Part shown: positions 62,418 to 64,000 of the stretch, one piece after another
Position numbering within the stretch: position 1 is the stretch's first letter
Layout of the letters: every line of letters starts with the position of its first letter
Assembly (NCBI GenBank): GCA_018823125.1
Contig: JAHJIW010000010.1
Span: 26,954 to 90,953 of the forward strand
Direction of reading: 5' to 3'
DNA: 64,000 nucleotides
From: Candidatus Margulisiibacteriota bacterium
GTDB taxonomy: Bacteria; Margulisbacteria; WOR-1; JAHJIW01
The notes under the pieces: generated by a model
The model's database searches: none
The model's input: only the letters and a program-made list of their open reading frames with translations
Told to the model about the DNA's origin: nothing
Translations under genes and position numbers: made by a program

Positions 62418-64000
62418 CTAAAAAGCGCCTTTACGTTTGCTTTCCCGGGCAATATCAGCCCGGTAAGCATCGTACACATCCGATACTTCGCGGATCGTAT
62501 TTAAGACTAAAGCCAAATGTTCGGTATCTTTGATGTCTACCACCAGTTTAATAATGGCCGAGCTGCCTCTTTTGGTGCGCACGTTGGCCGCCGAAAGATT
62601 AGTTTGAATGGACGCAACTTTTTCCAGGATATCTTTTAAAACTCCCACCCGATCAAAGGCTTCTACCTCAAGATCTACCGAATAGATAATGTCTGCCCTA
62701 TTATCCCAGCTAACCTCCACTTTTCTGCCTTCATCTGCCGGCAAGGTAACCACGTTTGGACAATCGGCACGGTGAACGGCAATCCCCCTCCCCTTGGTTA
62801 CAAATCCCACAATTTCATCACCGGGCAGGGGTTTACAGCATTTGGAAAACCGCACCTGTACATTTTCGAGATCGGCCACCCGGATCCCCTGCTTTTTCTT
62901 TCCTTTTCTGCCTTTTTTTACCAATAAAGGTTGAACCAGCTCTTCTTCAACCGGTGGAACGCCGTGTTGCTTTTGAATCCGGGTACGTAGCTTGCGGGCA
63001 ATTTGATAAGCCGAATATTCGCCGTAGCCTATTGCCGCAAAAAGTTCCGCAATACTCGGCAAGCCAAATTCCTTGGCCACGGCCAACAGATGTTCATCGG
63101 TCATAACTTCATCCGCACGCAGCCCTAATTTTTTAATCTCGCTTCTGATATTGGCTTCTCCGCGGCCCACGTTTTCTTCGGTCTTTCGTTTTTTAAACCA
63201 GCTTTTAAGTTTATTCTTTGCCCCCGAAGTCTTAACTACATTCAGCCAATCTAAACTGGGGCTATCAATTTTCCCGGTAATGATTTCGAGAATATCCCCG
63301 TTTTTTAATTTATGATCGAGCGGCACGATGCGTCCGTTTACTTTAGCCCCGATACAGCGGTGCCCCACTTCAGTATGTACCCGATAAGCAAAATCGATAG
63401 GAGTAGCATTCACCGGAAGGTCAATGACCTTACCTTGCGGGGTAAAAACAAAAACTTCACCCACAAAAAGATCTACTTTAATGCTTTCCAAAAAGTCTTT
63501 AGCGCTTTTTATCTCTTCTTGAGAATCGATCAATTGACGCAGCCAGGCCATTTTAGTATCTAAACTTTGATCGGTTTCGCCTTCTTTATATTTCCAGTGC
63601 GAAGCAATGCCGTATTCGGCAGTGCGGTGCATTTCTTTGGTACGAATTTGAATTTCGACCGGGCGTCCCCTGGGGCCGATAACCGTGGTGTGCAAAGATT
63701 GATAACCATTAGATTTAGGCATCGCCACGTAATCTCTGAAGCGGCCGGGAATCGGTTTCCAGGCAGCATGAATGATACCCAGCGCCGCGTAACATTCTTT
63801 GACTCCGTCCACAATGATGCGGATTGCCAACAAATCATAGAGTTCTTCAAACTCCAGGTTCTGTTCAACCATTTTTCGATAGATACTATAAAAATGTTTG
63901 GGCCGACCGTAAATTTCGGCGGTGATGGTTACCATTTTGAGATGATCTTTAACATCCCTAATAAACGTAGAAACCACTTGTTCGCGCTCGCCCCTGGACT
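62418..64000 (-). CDS. relA: (p)ppGpp synthetase/hydrolase RelA/SpoT, 5' part outside the window
   Basis: GRPKH.YSI, DL.A.R, DY.A.PK.NGYQSLHT, EIQIRT..MH..AE.G.A.HW.YK, TGS, CC.P and ACT domains. Confidence 0.96.
   Translation of the reverse strand, partial: SRGEREQVVSTFIRDVKDHLKMVTITAEIYGRPKHFYSIYRKMVEQNLEFEELYDLLAIRIIVDGVKECYAALGIIHAAWKPIPGRFRDYVAMPKSNGYQSLHTTVIGPRGRPVEIQIRTKEMHRTAEYGIASHWKYKEGETDQSLDTKMAWLRQLIDSQEEIKSAKDFLESIKVDLFVGEVFVFTPQGKVIDLPVNATPIDFAYRVHTEVGHRCIGAKVNGRIVPLDHKLKNGDILEIITGKIDSPSLDWLNVVKTSGAKNKLKSWFKKRKTEENVGRGEANIRSEIKKLGLRADEVMTDEHLLAVAKEFGLPSIAELFAAIGYGEYSAYQIARKLRTRIQKQHGVPPVEEELVQPLLVKKGRKGKKKQGIRVADLENVQVRFSKCCKPLPGDEIVGFVTKGRGIAVHRADCPNVVTLPADEGRKVEVSWDNRADIIYSVDLEVEAFDRVGVLKDILEKVASIQTNLSAANVRTKRGSSAIIKLVVDIKDTEHLALVLNTIREVSDVYDAYRADIARESKRKGAF

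Overview
A gene-dense, moderately AT-rich bacterial chromosome segment with about 60 mostly housekeeping genes, largely on the minus strand. It covers purine synthesis (purL, purA, purH, purN, purM, two purF), aminoacyl-tRNA synthetases (aspS, hisS, proS, glyQS), pnp-rpsO, eno, competence genes (comEA-comEC), a split LPS-transport locus (lptB, two lptF/G, lptD) with lnt, an SLH-domain porin and a partial relA/spoT. The mix of diderm envelope genes with Firmicutes/Cyanobacteria-like genes (SLH porin, DUF3084 plus YqgF-like, PSP1/RicT, Amj) suggests a diderm Terrabacteria lineage, possibly Saganbacteria (WOR-1)/Margulisbacteria; this is an inference only. I saw no rRNA, tRNA, CRISPR array, integrase or transposase. 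The most interesting signals read from the sequence are: (1) two near-identical sigma54-type promoters, one before comEA-comEC and one before two unannotated microprotein genes; (2) a three-gene surface-protein cassette in which an FG-GAP propeller and a small beta-barrel share a 53-aa N-terminal helical module; (3) a second PurF with a degenerate glutaminase site; (4) an in-frame double-palindrome insertion in ribF; (5) widespread leaderless-type gene starts, contrasting with orphan or displaced strong SD motifs in the SLH-porin and rpsU leaders; (6) an lptG-TPR-lptD-lipoprotein-lnt operon lacking recognisable LptA/C/E. All calls rest on motif recognition by eye; no database searches were run.
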